Below, piece after piece: positions 23,424 through 36,391 of a stretch of DNA of 64,000 bases; the stretch's first letter is position 1, and every line of letters starts with the position of its first letter. Under the pieces are notes generated by a model. It ran no database searches, was not told where the DNA came from, and saw only the letters and a list, made by a program, of their open reading frames with translations. The DNA is taken from NCBI RefSeq assembly GCF_902713615.1, contig NC_052154.1, positions 146,827,875 through 146,891,874 on the forward strand. Reading direction: 5' to 3'. This DNA comes from Scyliorhinus canicula (taxonomy: Eukaryota). The translations under genes and the position numbers were made by a program.

Positions 23424-26400
23424 ATGGAATCAGCCCTCAGTCCTGGACGCCTGGAACTCGACCCGCAGGATGCAGAGGCTAAAGAAATCTTCTCCCACTG
23501 GTTGCGGTGTTTCAAGGCCTACCTGGCCGAAGCAAGCACAGTCAAAACGACAGAGGAACAGAAGCTAAGTCTACTGCACGCGAGGGTGAGCCACAGAATC
23601 TCTACGCAACTAAGCTCGGCCAGTTCATATACTGCAGCGCAAGCAGTTCTCGATAAAATTTATGTAAGGCCTGTTAACAAAGTTTACGCTCACCATGTGT
23701 TCACGACTCGCCGCCAGCGGCCTACAGAATCACTCGCTGAATTTCTAAGAGAACTTAATAATTTGTCCAATGACTGTAATTACCAAGCGGTTACCGCGGC
23801 TGAACACAGGGAATTGGCGGTACGCGATGTTTTTGTAGCGGGCCTCAGGTCTAACAATGTGCACCAACGACTGCTGGAAAAGGGGGCCCAGGACTTAGAA
23901 ACAACTGTGGAAGCAGCTACCACGATGGAGGTCTCCTTCCGCAGTCTTAACTCGTTCCACGCGGACCCCGCGACCCAATCATGGGCCCCCGACAAGCGAC
24001 TCCCCCAGGCCTGTGCTACGCGGCCGCCCAGCCACCATGCCGCTGCTCCAGCAGCCAGCCACTATGCTGCCCCAGCCAGCCACTATGCTGATCCAGCCTT
24101 CCATTTCTGCGGCCAGAACCAGCACCCGCGGCAGCACTGCCCGGCCCGCAACGCGACCTGCAGCAGCTGTGGGCGGAAAGGCCATTACACAAGAGTGTGC
24201 CTCGCTAAAAGGGCCCCAGCCTCCAACTCCCCAGCGACTCGAAGTAACCGCTCCGCTCACTCGCAGGCCCGTGGGGCCCGAAACGCTGCAGCCTATGCCC
24301 CGACTCCACCCACTCCAGTCACGTGCGATCCATGGGGGCCACCATCTTGGAAAACGTCCACCACGATGCCGGCAACGTGCGACTCATGGGGGCCGCCAAC
24401 TTGGACGCCATCTTCCTTGCCGCCCGCCACGTGCGATCCACAGGTCCGATCGGCATCTCCGCGCTCGGACAACTCTGCGGAAGAATTCGAATTTGACTAT
24501 GAACTCAGAGGGCAGTCATCACGGGGCCACTCCAGCACAGCTGATCGAGCCGCCGACTACCCGCAACTCAGCGCGGTCACCCTGGACCAATCGTGACCAA
24601 AGAATCTACGAAACCCGAAGGCAGAGGTCCATATCAACGGGTACAAAACGCCATGCCTTTTCGACTCCGGGAGCACGGAGAGCTTCATACATCCAGACCT
24701 GGTAAGATGCTGTTCGCTCCCCGTTTTCCCCGTGCAGCAAACGATCTCACTCGCTTCAGGCTCCCACTCGGTCCAGATCCAGGGGCGCACCACCGCGACA
24801 CTCACAATCCGAGGCGCTAGCTACTCGAAATTCAAACTCTACGTTTTGCCCGAACTCTGCGCACCACTCTTATTAGGCCTAGACTTCCAATGTAACCTCA
24901 AGAGCCTCACCCTCAGCTTCGGAGGGCCCCTGCCCCCACTCACGATCTGCAGCCTCGCTCCGCTGCGAATTCCCCCCCCCCCTCCTCTCTTTGCCAATCT
25001 CACTAAGGACTGTAAATCCGTAGCCACTCGTAGCAGGCGGTTTAGCCTGCAGGATAGAGTATTTATCAGAGCAGAGGTCCGAAGGCTACTCAGTGAGGGG
25101 GTTATAGAGGCCAGCAATAGTCCCTGGAGAGCTCAAGTGGTGGTAGTTAAGACTGGGGAAAAATTCCGTATGGTGGTCGACTACAGTCAGACCATAAATA
25201 GATTTACGCTCCTCGACGCGTATCCCCTCCCCAGGATTGCAGACATGGTAAACCAGATCGCCCAGTACCGGCTCTTTCCCACGGTGGATCTGAAGTCTGC
25301 ATACCACCAGCTTCCAATCCGCCCGGAGGACCGCCACTACACGGCATTCGAGGCCGATGGCCGCCTCTTCCATTTCCTCCGGGTTCCCTTTCGGCATCAC
25401 CAATGGGGTCTCGGTGTTCCAACAAGAAATGGACCGAATGGTGGACCAGTACGGGCTGTGGGCCACGTTTCCGTACTTGGACAATGTCACCATCTGCGGC
25501 TATGACCAGCAGGACCACGACTCCAACCTCCACCGTTTTCTCCAGACGGCACAGAAACTGAACCTCATGTACAACAAGGAGAAATGCGTTTTCCGCACAA
25601 CCAGACTAGCCATCCTCAGCTATGTCGTGGAAAACGGAGTCCTGGGCCCCGACCCGGACCGTATGCGCCCCGTCTTAGAAATCCCTCCCCCTCATTGTCC
25701 CAAAGCCCTCAAATGGTGCTTGGGATTTTTTTCCTACTACGCCCAGTGGTTCCCTCAATATGCGGACAAAGCCCGCCCACTCTTTAGGACCACACGATTT
25801 CCCCTGTCAGCCGAGGCACGCCAGGCCTTCGACGGCATCAAGGAGGACATCGCCAAAGCGGCCATGCAGGCGGTGGATGAATCCACCCCATTTCAGGTAG
25901 AGAGCGACGCCTCAGAGGTAGCTCTTGCAGCCACGTTAAATCAGGCAGGGAGACCAGTTGCATTTTTCTCCCGTACCCTCTCCGCTTCAGAACTCCGACA
26001 ATCCTCAGTCGAGAAAGAAGCACAAGCCATTGTGGAGGATATCCGTCACTGGAGGCACTACCTCGCAGGTAGGAGGTTCGCCCTCATCACCGACCAAAGA
26101 TCGGTTGCCTTCATGTTCGACAACTCGCAAAGGGGCAAAATAAAAAAAGACAAAATTCTGAGGTGGAGGATCGAACTCTCCACCTACAATTACAATATCA
26201 AATATCGACCCGGGAAGCTCAACAAGCCTCCGGATGCCCTATCCCGCGGGACATGCGCCAGCGCGCAGATCGACTGATTAAAAGTCATCCACAATGACCT
26301 CTGCCACCCGGGGGTCACCCGACTCGCCCACTACATCAGGGCCCGAAACTTGCCTTTCTCCAACGAGAAGGTAAAAGCGGTCACCAGGGACTGCCCTATC

Positions 26401-27437
26401 TGTGCGGAGTGCAAACCGCACTTCTATAGACCAGACAGGGCCCACCTGGTCAAGGCTTCTAGGCCCTTTGAACGTCTCGTGATTGATTTCAAAGGGCCAC
26501 TCCCCTCAACCAACAAGAACGTTTACTTCTTAAACGTCGTAGACGAGTTCTCCCGTTTCCCATTTGCTATCCCGTGCCCCGACATGACCTCCCACACAGT
26601 CATTAGGGCCCTGCATAGCATCTTCACCCTGTTTGGTTTCCCCAGCTACGTGCACAGCGACCGGGGTTCGTCCTTCATGAGCAACGAGCTGCGTCAGTAC
26701 CTGCTCGACAAGGGCACTGCCTCGAGCAGGACTACCAGCTACAACCCCAGGGGGAATGGACAGGTGGAAAGGAAGAACGCGACGGTCTGGAAGACCGTCC
26801 TACTGACCCTCCGGTCCAGAAAGCTCCAAGTCTCCCAGTGGCAGGAAGTCCTCCCAGACGCGCTCCACGCTATTAGGTCCCTTTTGTGCACAGCGATCAA
26901 TCAGACCCCTCACGAGAGGCTCTTCATTTTTTCCAGGGGCACTACCACGGGGGTCTCACTTCCGGCATGGCTGAGGACGCCGGGCCCCGTACTTCTGAGG
27001 AAACATGTCAGGGCACACAAAACCGACCCCCTTGTTGAAAAAGAGCGCCTGCTCCACTCCAACCTCCAGTACGCCTTTGTCGAGTTCCCCGACGGCCGTC
27101 AGGACACAGTATCCCTCTGGGATCTGGCACCCGCCGGATCCAGCGCCCCTCTACCCCCACAGAAGGACCCCTCACCCTACACCCCATGCTGCCGCCCCCT
27201 CTAGCTCCCGAGCCCACGAGCTCGCTCCACCTGTTCCGTGCACCCACGCCAGCCAGCCCCTAGCACCCCCAGTCCCCGGTCGAACCAGGAGAGTATGAAG
27301 CTCGGATACAACCCTCCCTGGAGTCCGCCATCGTACCCCAGCACACAACACCCATCCAACCACCGCAAGAGGCTGCAACCCCGGTGCTCCGCAGATCACA
27401 GCGGACAATTCGACCACCGGACAGACTGACTTTATAG
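23424..27437 (+). pseudogene. Gypsy gag-pol polyprotein, disrupted
   Basis: Knuckle CSSCGRKGHYTRVC, protease LFDSGSTESF, RT FRMVVDY/DLKSAYHQ/YLDN, RNase H VESDAS...EKEA...ITD, integrase HHCC (HNDLCH...CPIC) and IDFKGP/HSDRG/VER. In-frame TGA stops at 24594 and 26275, frameshifts near 25388 and near 27150. Confidence 0.93.
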
Positions 27438-27483
27438 ACCACCACCCCCGCCGGACTTGATTTTTTTTTCTGCAGGGGGTGAA

Positions 27484-27783
27484 TGTGGTGAATGTAATAT
27501 ATAGATGTATATATGTAAATTCACACTGCCGTTGTAAGCGCAGTAGCGCCATCCTACCACTAGGGGGAGTAGCGCTGGGAGCACTCAGGAACTTGTACTG
27601 GGCTCCACCCTTGGCTCCGCCAACGACTCCTCCCCCTAATGCAGCTGTATAAATACCCTTGTCCAGAGTCAGCCTGAGTTCACTACGAGTTCATCAACGG
27701 GTAACAGGCTGGCTCTGAAGTAAGTCGATTAAAGCCTAGATTCATATCGTAAACACGTGTCTGGTGAATTGATGGTTCCATCA
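27484..27783 (+). repeat. 3' LTR
   Basis: Direct repeat of 23091-23390, followed by TSD gccct. Confidence 0.97.
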
Positions 27784-28734
27784 GCCCTCAACAAAGACAA
27801 ATTAAGCCCACCTCTATTTGGCTGCACTCACTTCAATTTTTCAAGCAAAGGCCCTTAATTAGTAGGAGTGACTTCCATTCATCTCCAGGAGGAAGTCCCA
27901 CTTCATCGAGCTGCCAGCCAATTAGAGGCCAGCATCTGTGCACCATACCAGGATTGGTGCTCACTGTTTCTGTTGCGGGAGGCTTGGGCGGAAGAGGAAC
28001 GATTGGTGATCCCAAACCCATTTAAGCCCAGGATCTCGCCGGGCTCTGATTGGCATGTCCTAATGAAGGAGGGTTGGGGCTATGCAGGACATGATGGATA
28101 GAGCAGAGGGCGAGGAGAGTGGATGCAGGGAGGCAAAGCTGTAGGGGAGAGCCGCCACATGACACAGGGGCCACAGGAAGGAGGACACCCCTCCACACTT
28201 CCACTGATCAGCAGTCTGCAGGGTTGAACCTGCCAGGCTGGATATTGGGCACAGTCCTCATTAAATTAGAGCAACAGCAGGATTAGGCCTGTAAATTGGA
28301 TATCAGTGGGATCACGGGCCAATGGCCCACCTACTGCCTCCAGTCCCTGCCCGGAAAATCAAGGGAATTGGCCGGCTGGCACAGCCCCTAAATTACAGGT
28401 CTGTTTTTCTGTCTACAGGTGGCCTATAAAATTCAGCTTGATGAGAAAGAAGGGCTGTCCATTTTTAAACCATTCTTTAGTATTGAAAAACATGGGCCCA
28501 GATCTTACAAACAGTGACAGTGATCCTCAGATTGTTGCTGCAAACAAAAATTCCTCCAACTCGATGTTGCTGCACATTTCATCCGGAACCTTCCGAAACC
28601 CAGCTTTCACAGGACATCACATGTGCGGTACATCAGGGAGCGGAGTAGAGTTGAGAGAATACAAGACGGGTGCCTTTTTACTGCACTTTTTCCGTATGAT
28701 AAGTTTAAAGGTCCTGTTTGAATGTTAATGAATG

Positions 28735-29700
28735 GGTGAGCGAATGAAAGTTTAGGTGCGTGGATAGGTGATTTGATGGCTTAGTTGTGTAGGTGTGTGA
28801 CTTAGGTAGCTGGGTGAGGTGGGTAAATTGATGAGATCAGTAAGTGGGTGAGGTGGTAAGTGGGTGAGTAGTCAGTTTGGGGTAATCAGGTCAGGTTGAG
28901 GGACAATCGGATGTTTGATGGGAAGTCATGTCAGGTCAGGAAGGCAGTCAGGGAGTCAGAAGATAGTCAAGTCAGGGGCCAGTAATCAGGTTGGGGTAGT
29001 TGGGTTACCAAGAAGGTGGTTGAGTTAGGCAGATAATGTGGCTGATTTGGGAGGATAGTCTGGTTGGGTCAGAAGGGTGATTGGGTTGGGCCGGGGTAGT
29101 TGGGTTGGGTTAGGAGTAATCAGATTGGGTCGGGGTGTAGTTGGGTGGGGATTAGTTGGACTGAGTCAGGGGTAGTTGGGTCGGTGGGCATTTGGGCGGT
29201 CATAAGGATGGTTGGCTCAGGAGGGTGGTTGGGTTGAGTTAGGGTGTTAGTTGGATGGGTTGAACATTAGTCACGTTATGTCAGGGTTGGGTTGGGTTGG
29301 GTTGGGGGTAGTCAGGTAGGGTTGGGGGCAATCAGGTTGGGTCGGTGTGTATTTGGGTGGTCAGAAGGATGGTTGGGTCAGCAGGGTAGTTGGGTCGGGT
29401 CAGGTCAGGGGGCGGGGGGGGGGTAGATGTGTTGGGAGTTATTTGAGCTGGGTCAGCAGAGCTTTTCAGGTGGGCAGTCGGGTTAGGGGTGTGGTTGGGT
29501 TGGATCGGTAGCTAGCCAGGTCAGCGATGTAGTTGGTTGGTGGTGGTAACTGGGTCAAGGATTAAGTAGAGTCGGTGGTTGTTGGGTCAGGGGTTGTCAA
29601 ACTGGAGGGGTGGTAGACAGGATGTCAAAGGTGATAGTCGGGTGTCGATAGGTGAGTTGGGGGGTGTGATGGGAGGGAGCAGTTCTGGTTAGATGAAGGG
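28735..29700 (+). repeat. About 1-kb G/T-rich low-complexity tract of degenerate GGGTT/GGGTC/GGTCA units
   Basis: Strong strand asymmetry, for example gggttgggttgggttgggttggggg at about 29284-29308. Confidence 0.85.
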
Positions 29701-32469
29701 AGGAATTATAAGCGCTCTGTCTGACCCTGCCGAAATCAATGGATTTTTGAATGGCTCACTACATTTTCCAGCCCTGCTCCCTCTGTAATGAGGCTCTAGT
29801 ATTCTGTGCGAGGTATTTTTCTGTCTAACATTTGCTGGGTACGTATCATGGAACTGTCTGAAGCCTTTGACTCTAACTCAGAGTAAGAGATATTTAAGAA
29901 GGGTCCTGGGCAACAGGGGAATTGTCCCTCAAAAGTTTAAACTTACCAGGCAATTCTCACAGAGGTTAGCACATCAAGACGTTCATAGAGTTTCGACATC
30001 TTCAGTCATAAATCCAGTTTCCAACAATCAAGAGACTGAAAGTTTTGGCACATGGTTGCCTCTTCATTTGGATATATTTCATCAGTTCCTAAAAATAATT
30101 AAACAACAACTATTTGTGTTTATAAAGCACCTTTTATATGCTAAAATGTACTGTGAAACTCCAGGGGCGGAATTCTCAGACCCCCCCCCCGCATGCGCGG
30201 ACTTCCGCCGGCCGGCGAAGGGCGTTTGGCCCCGGCTGGCCTAGCCCCTCAATGTGAGGGCTTGGCGCACCTTTGGGGAGGCCCGTTGCCAGAGTGGTTC
30301 ACGCCACTCCATCCAGCCGGGACCCCCCACCCCGCCGGGTAGGGCAGAATCCCGGCCCAGATTTGTAAAAGTGAGCTTTCGATGTCAGAGAGGTTTTTTG
30401 GTATTAGTGACAGTTTAGCACACCTGGGGCAACATCCTGGAGTTCCCTTCCTAACAGCATAGTGGGTGTACCTACAGTGTGCATTGTTAGCCTCATCGTT
30501 ATTTTCCCAGTATAATCTGGGTCATTGAAACAGGCTGGGTAACAATGCAGGTTTGAATGCATTTCAGAAAGGAGGAAAATGAGGTGGACAGAGAGAGAGA
30601 TTTTGGGAGGGTTTTCAGAGTTTAGTGCCCAGGTGGCTGAAAACACAGCCTCCAATGGTGACGCAAAAGAAGAGGACAGAGACTGTTCACTTGATTAGCA
30701 CTGTCTATTGAGCAATTAGCCTCCCACCTACCAATTGAATTAACCATGTATTTGAAACTATAGGATCATTATGTATTTTATAGCTCATTCCAATTCTTTC
30801 CAGGGTTAATATAAAGGCCCGGATTTTGCAGTGATAACGATGGTGAAACTGTCAGCATTTACAGCCATTATTGCACTGAAACTTAATGAAACTTCAAGGA
30901 GTCTGCACATGTGCAGAGTAATGTGGCATTCCAGAAGTTGCTGTTAATGACTCAACTCCTCCAAAGGGTGTGTTTAATGATTGCCCCAGACTGCCCCACA
31001 TAATCAGAGAATTGATGAAAATGTCTACTTTCATGCTGTTAGTGTCACTATAGAAGCCCTTGAAAAAGTTACATCTTGTTGAATGAGCTGTAACTGGGTT
31101 TTTAATGGCAAACTAACGTCATAACTATTGCTAAACACCCTCCCTGGCCCTGAAAAGCTAATGTTATATTTGTGAAATGTCAAATCACTCCATTACGGTA
31201 AAGAAAAAACAATATAATTTTAAAATAATATCTATTTTTAAAATTTGTTATATGTTAGCTTATATCTTAATATGCCCGCTGTTACCAGGCTCCGAAACGA
31301 CCCTCTTATGGACTGATCTAATCTCTTCACACACCTTCTCGACTGAGTAGTACTAAACTCCTGTATGCTTCACCCAATGCCTGTGTCTATGTGTTTACAT
31401 TGTGTATTTATGCTGCGCTATGTTTTTTTTTCATGTATGGAATGATATGTCTGAACTGTATGCAGAACAATACTTTTTATTGTCCCTCGACACATGTGAC
31501 AATAAGCAAACAAATCCAAATAACCATTTATTGCACCATTTAAAAATGTAAATTAAAAGTGAAAGCATTGTGGTTTTTAATTTCCTGCTTTGCTATCGAT
31601 GAAAATACTTCACTGCGATAGACTGCCCACCCTTCTTGCTGACATTGCAACAGCAACAAACCTGGAAATCCCCTTAACTTGGCGCCTGATTTAAACTGTG
31701 CCCGGAAGAATAGAAATCCATCTCGCGATCTTTGTGTGCTGCTTTCTTCAAGGTCAGTGGGGAGTTCAGTTGCTTCGCTGCTAACTGCAGAATCTCGGCT
31801 AATAAAAAACAAATTAAATCAGCTTTCTTTTGTATCAAAATCAGTCAATGGTATCTGAACACCAGAAATACCGGCAGACACCTTTAGAGGGCCCTATATA
31901 CCTGTGTGTTTTCAGTTGAAGAGGCAATCGCTACTGAGTTCAGCACAATAACTTTGCCAATTTTTAAAGAATCTGCGACGTAGAAATTTTACATGGAACA
32001 GCATAGAAACAGGCCATTCGGCCTAACAGATCCAAACTGGTGTTTATGCTCCACATGGGCCTCTACTCCATCCTGCCATACCAATATGTCCTTCTATTTC
32101 TTTCTGCCTCATGTGCTTACCTAGCTTCCCCTTAAATGCAAAAATTGTTCATCGCCTGCATTTAATCTACACCAAAGATGAACATGTAACGGTCCACCCA
32201 ACAGCACTTGCTGTTACTGATCCTGAGGCTTCTGGTGGTTACCATGGAGTCAGTGGTCGCACATTTGGTGGCTCCCGCTTGAGGTGGAATTGCCTGGTCC
32301 TTTTTCACCTGATTTAAGGGGTGTTTGCTGGTGTGTGGTGCATGAGCACTGAGAAATAGAAGTGTTCCATCGGTGGGGCCGGTTTATGGTGCAGAGCTGG
32401 GCCCCTGCTTGTGGGGATGTGTAATGAGTTGAGGGTAAGAGTGGTGCTTCCCCCACATTGTCACAGACA

Positions 32470-34815
32470 TCCATTTTGTTGACTTTAAAGAAGGATAAGG
32501 ACCTGGAGCAGTGTGAGTCGTATCGTCTGATTCTCTGTTAAATATGGATGTGAGGTTGCTAGCGAAGGTGTTAGCATCGCGGATAGAGGACTGTGTGCTG
32601 CGGGTGATGGGAAAGGACCAGACGGGGTTTGTGAAGGGGCAGTAGCTGTTGGTAAATGTGTGCAGATTGCTCAATGTCATTATGATGCCCTCGGAGGGGC
32701 AGGAGGTAGAAGTGGTGGTGGCAATGGATGCGAAGAAGGCTTTTGATCGGGTGTAGTGGACGTATTTGTTGGAGGTTCAGGTTAGGGAAGGATTTTGTGG
32801 CTTGGGTTCAGCTGTTGCATAGAGCGGCGATGGCTATTGTCCGGATGAATAGGACAAATTTGGGGTACTTGGGACTGAATTGGGGGACAAGGCAGAGGTG
32901 CCCACTCTCCCCGCTGCTTTTTGTTCTGGCGATAGAGCCGTTGGCAATGGTACTTAGGATGTTGAGGGGTTGGAGAGGGATTGCGAAGGGAGGGGTCGAG
33001 CACAGAGTGTTGTTGTATGCAGATGATCTGCTTTATATCTCAGACCCGGTGGGGAGTTTTGATAGGATTATCCGGATCCTGAGGGAATTTGGCCGTTTTT
33101 CAGGGTATAAATTGAACATGGGGAAAAGTGAGGTGTTCCCGTTTAATGCCAGAGGGCAGGAGAGGAGGTTAGGGGAGTTGCCATTCCTGGTGGTGTTTTG
33201 GTATTTCAGGATACAGGTGATGCGCGGTTGGGCCCAGCTGCATAAATTGAGTTTGGCTCAACTGGTGGAGGGTGTGAAATTGGACGTTAACAGGTGGGAT
33301 GTGTTGCTGCTGTCACTGGCTGGGCGCATGCAGATGGTTAAACTGATGATGCTGCCCAAATTCCCGTTTGTGTTCCCGAACCACCCCATCTTTGTTCCCA
33401 ACCCTTTTTTTAGGAAGGTGAATGAATTAATTTCAAGGTTTGTGTGGGCGGGGACATCGTGTGGGAGGAAGATGTTTTTGGAGAGGGGGCGAGGGGGCGG
33501 GGGGGGGGGGGGGGGGGGGAGGGGCTGGGTGGCTGGCACTGCCGTGTTGCTGAATTACTACTGGACTGCGAACATTGCAATAGTCAGGAAATGGGCAGTG
33601 GAGTAGGGGTCGGTTTGGGGATGGATGGAGGCAACGTCGTGCAGAGGGATCAATCTGAGGGCACTGTTGTTGGCACAACTTGGTTTTTTCTGGCCCGCTA
33701 TTCAATGAGCCGGGTGGTGGTCTCAGCATTACGAGTCTGGAATTAGTGCAGGCAACATTATGGGCTGGAAGCCATGTCTCCATGGGCACTGATATGCGAT
33801 AATCATAGGTTTGTGTCGGTGGGGCTGGATGCACGCTTCCGGGGAGGGTGGCAGGTAGGGATAAATTACTTCAGGGACTTGTTTGTATGGGATATGGGTT
33901 TTCAGGTCGGGAAAAGCTTGAGGAAACATATCAATTGCTTAAGGGAAATGGGTTTTGGTACCTGCAGGTGAGAGACTGTGTGAGGAGAGAGAACAAAGAA
34001 TAAAGAACAATACAACACAAGAACAGGCCCTTCGGCCCTTCAAATCTGTACCGGTCATGATCCCAACCTTGGCCAAAGCCCTCAGCACTTCTTTGTGCTG
34101 TATCCCTCTATACCCATCCTATCCATTTGTCAAGATGCCTTTTGAACGCCATTAATGTTTCTGCATCCACAACCTCCTCTGGCAACGGGTTCCAGGCACT
34201 CACCATCCTCAGTGTAAAAGATCTGCTTTGCACATCTCCTGTAAACCTAGCCCCATGGGCCTTAAACCTATGCCTCCTGGTGACTGACCCCTCCACCCTG
34301 GGGAAGAGTGCCTGTCCATCCAGTCTATCTGTGCCCCTCATAATCTTGTAGATTATATTGTGTCGTCCTTCCTGGGGTTGCCACCTCTGATGCTACAAGA
34401 TAGTTGTTGTCTGAAGATGACATTGGGGAGGAGAGAGTGGCAGCCATTTATGGAGCGCCGGTGGAGAAGATCAGACACAAATGGGAGGAGGAGTTGGGTG
34501 GGGAAATGAGGGCCAGGCTGTGGACGGAAGCCCTGCAGAGGGTGAACATGTCCTTGTTGCATGCAAGTTTAAGACTCGTCCAATTGTACATAGGGCCCAC
34601 ATGACGGTTGCGAGGATGAGACAGTTCTTTGCATGGGTGGAGGATAGGTTTGGGTGTGGGGGGGCGGGGGGGGGGGGGGCACGTTCATTTGTTCTCGGCA
34701 CGCCCAAAGCTTAGAGGGTTTTGGCAGGGATTCTCAGATGTTATGTCCAAGATTCTGGGTATAGGGGTCGGTCTGAGCCCGGAGGTGGCAATATTCAGAG
34801 TGTCGGAAGAGCCGG
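32470..34815 (+). mobile_element. L1-clade LINE ORF2 remnant
   Basis: DQTGFVKG, DAKKAFDRV, GTRQ.CPLSPLLF.LAIEPLA, LYADDLL, FSGYKLN.GKSE, LSLAGR, NYYW.AN. Confidence 0.9.
33990..34352 (-). mobile_element. CR1 3' end inserted into an L1 copy
   Basis: LFPRVEGSVTR.HRFK...WN.LPEEVV...FKRHLD with an agaacaa tail. L1 sequence on both sides. Confidence 0.88.
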
Positions 34816-36289
34816 GTTCAGAGAATTTACAGTACTGAAGGAGGCCGTTTGGCCCATCAAGTCTGCACCGGCCCCTGGAAAGGATGGTGAATCTGTGGTA
34901 TTCTTTACCGCAGAGGGTAGTAGAGGTTGGGTTGTTAAGTATGTTCAAGGTTCAGATGGGCAGATTTTTAATCAGTGAGAAAATCATGGGTTATGGGGAT
35001 AAGGTGGGAGAGTGGAATTGAGGATTATCATATCAGATCTATCATGACCACATTGAATGGCAGAGCGGACTCAATGGGCCGAGTGGTCTACTCCTTCCAC
35101 TACTTCTTATGGTCTTACAGCAACCTAGATTCAAATTGCAGCTCCGGTGGGGACAATAGGAGACCATCAGCGCTCATGGATTCAGTGCAGGAAAAAGTTC
35201 AATGACCTGTCTCATCCTAGCAAGGTGAGGCTTGGCTTATCCACACAGAGCTCCAAGGGAAGGGTTATATCTGCATGCTGTAGCTAAGATGCAAGACATG
35301 GCACATAGCTCAATGTGTAGGTGTGCACAGAAGAGATGTGAATGAGCATTCTGATGCACAGACACAGCAAAGAGCAATATCCCTCCATGAATTCAGGCTA
35401 ACATGAGATCAGGGGCTGGGTTCTCCGGTTCCCTAGTCGATTCCTCAGCGGTGCACCGTTCGCTGGCGGTGGCATTCTGTCTTCCCACCGCTTGTCAATG
35501 GGATTTCCCATTGAAGCCAACCGACACCACCAGGAGATCCCCAACTGGGGGTGCGCCGCTGCCAGGAAAAATGAATCGCAAAGGCTGGAGAATTCCTCCC
35601 AGGTTGCCGTTGCAAGGGTGAAAAGTTCCATGGAAATGGCCCAGACTGGGGGTACATCAGGCTGGCTGAGACGCATCCAACCCAAGGATCTGATGGCTGT
35701 GGAGGTTGCCAGGAAGCCCATTGGTATTTATTGATGGTGGTGAATCGCCCTGAGCAAGTGATAAAGGTGATTTTGAAATCACCTTGGCGCATGCTGTTAT
35801 TGGTGGAAATCATGATATCAGTTCACTGAGACACTCTCTATGGTGGTGAAAATCTGGGCCTTTATTGCATTGTCTCACATTCTCACACTCACACTCTAGG
35901 TTGTCACGTGTACCGAGGTACAGTGAAACTTGCACACTCTAACACATTCGCGCACACTCACACACATACGCTCAAGTGTTTTCCCAGATTTCCACAATAT
36001 AAGTAGATGCAGAGTTTGCTACACTGTCCTTTCTGCGCCAGCACTAACAATCCGAGAAAAATACCCCTCGGGGCAGAAGAATAGATTCACATCAACTTCT
36101 CTATGATTACAGCCAGGTCCTCGGGAGATCGGCTCACATCAAAATCTCTTTTGAATCAGCAGTTTCTCTGCCAAATAAGCATTAATCTTAAGATACCTCC
36201 AATGTATGGGTAATTTATAAATGGCTGTATTGCTTTAACTGCAAAGTGTAACCAGTAGAATGGTAACCATGACTGTCTTTTGATTTCAG

Positions 36290-36391
36290 AATTGAACAAA
36301 AAAATCAGACTGCAGCGAAAACAATGGCTGCAGAAGCAAAAGGTTCTATCTGATCTTGATAAAATGAAGCACAAAATCCGTCACCTTCAAG
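36290..36391 (+). CDS. DCDC1: DCDC1 coding exon D (ELNKKIRLQRKQWLQKQKVLSDLDKMKHKIRHLQG)
   Basis: Absent from the ORF track and read directly. Acceptor tcttttgatttcag, donor gtaatt, 102 nt, phase 1-1. Resembles recalled DCDC1 WLKKDRILADLDTMRHKMRQLKG. Confidence 0.92.

Larger units (their letters stand above)
23091..27783 (+). mobile_element. Full-length decayed Ty3/Gypsy LTR retrotransposon (Mag-like gag with two zinc knuckles)
   Basis: Two 300-bp TG...CA LTRs and 5-bp TSD GCCCT (23086-23090, 27784-27788). Purine tract gggggtgaa precedes the 3' LTR. Domain order is gag-PR-RT-RH-IN. Confidence 0.97.

Noticed and set aside
24594-24596. Programmed stop-codon readthrough between gag and pol
   Set aside because: The TGA is most simply a CGA-to-TGA CpG decay. 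A second in-frame TGA at 26275 and two frameshifts show the copy is degenerate.
29284-29308. Interstitial telomeric repeat
   Set aside because: The units are GGGTT-type 5-mers, not TTAGGG.
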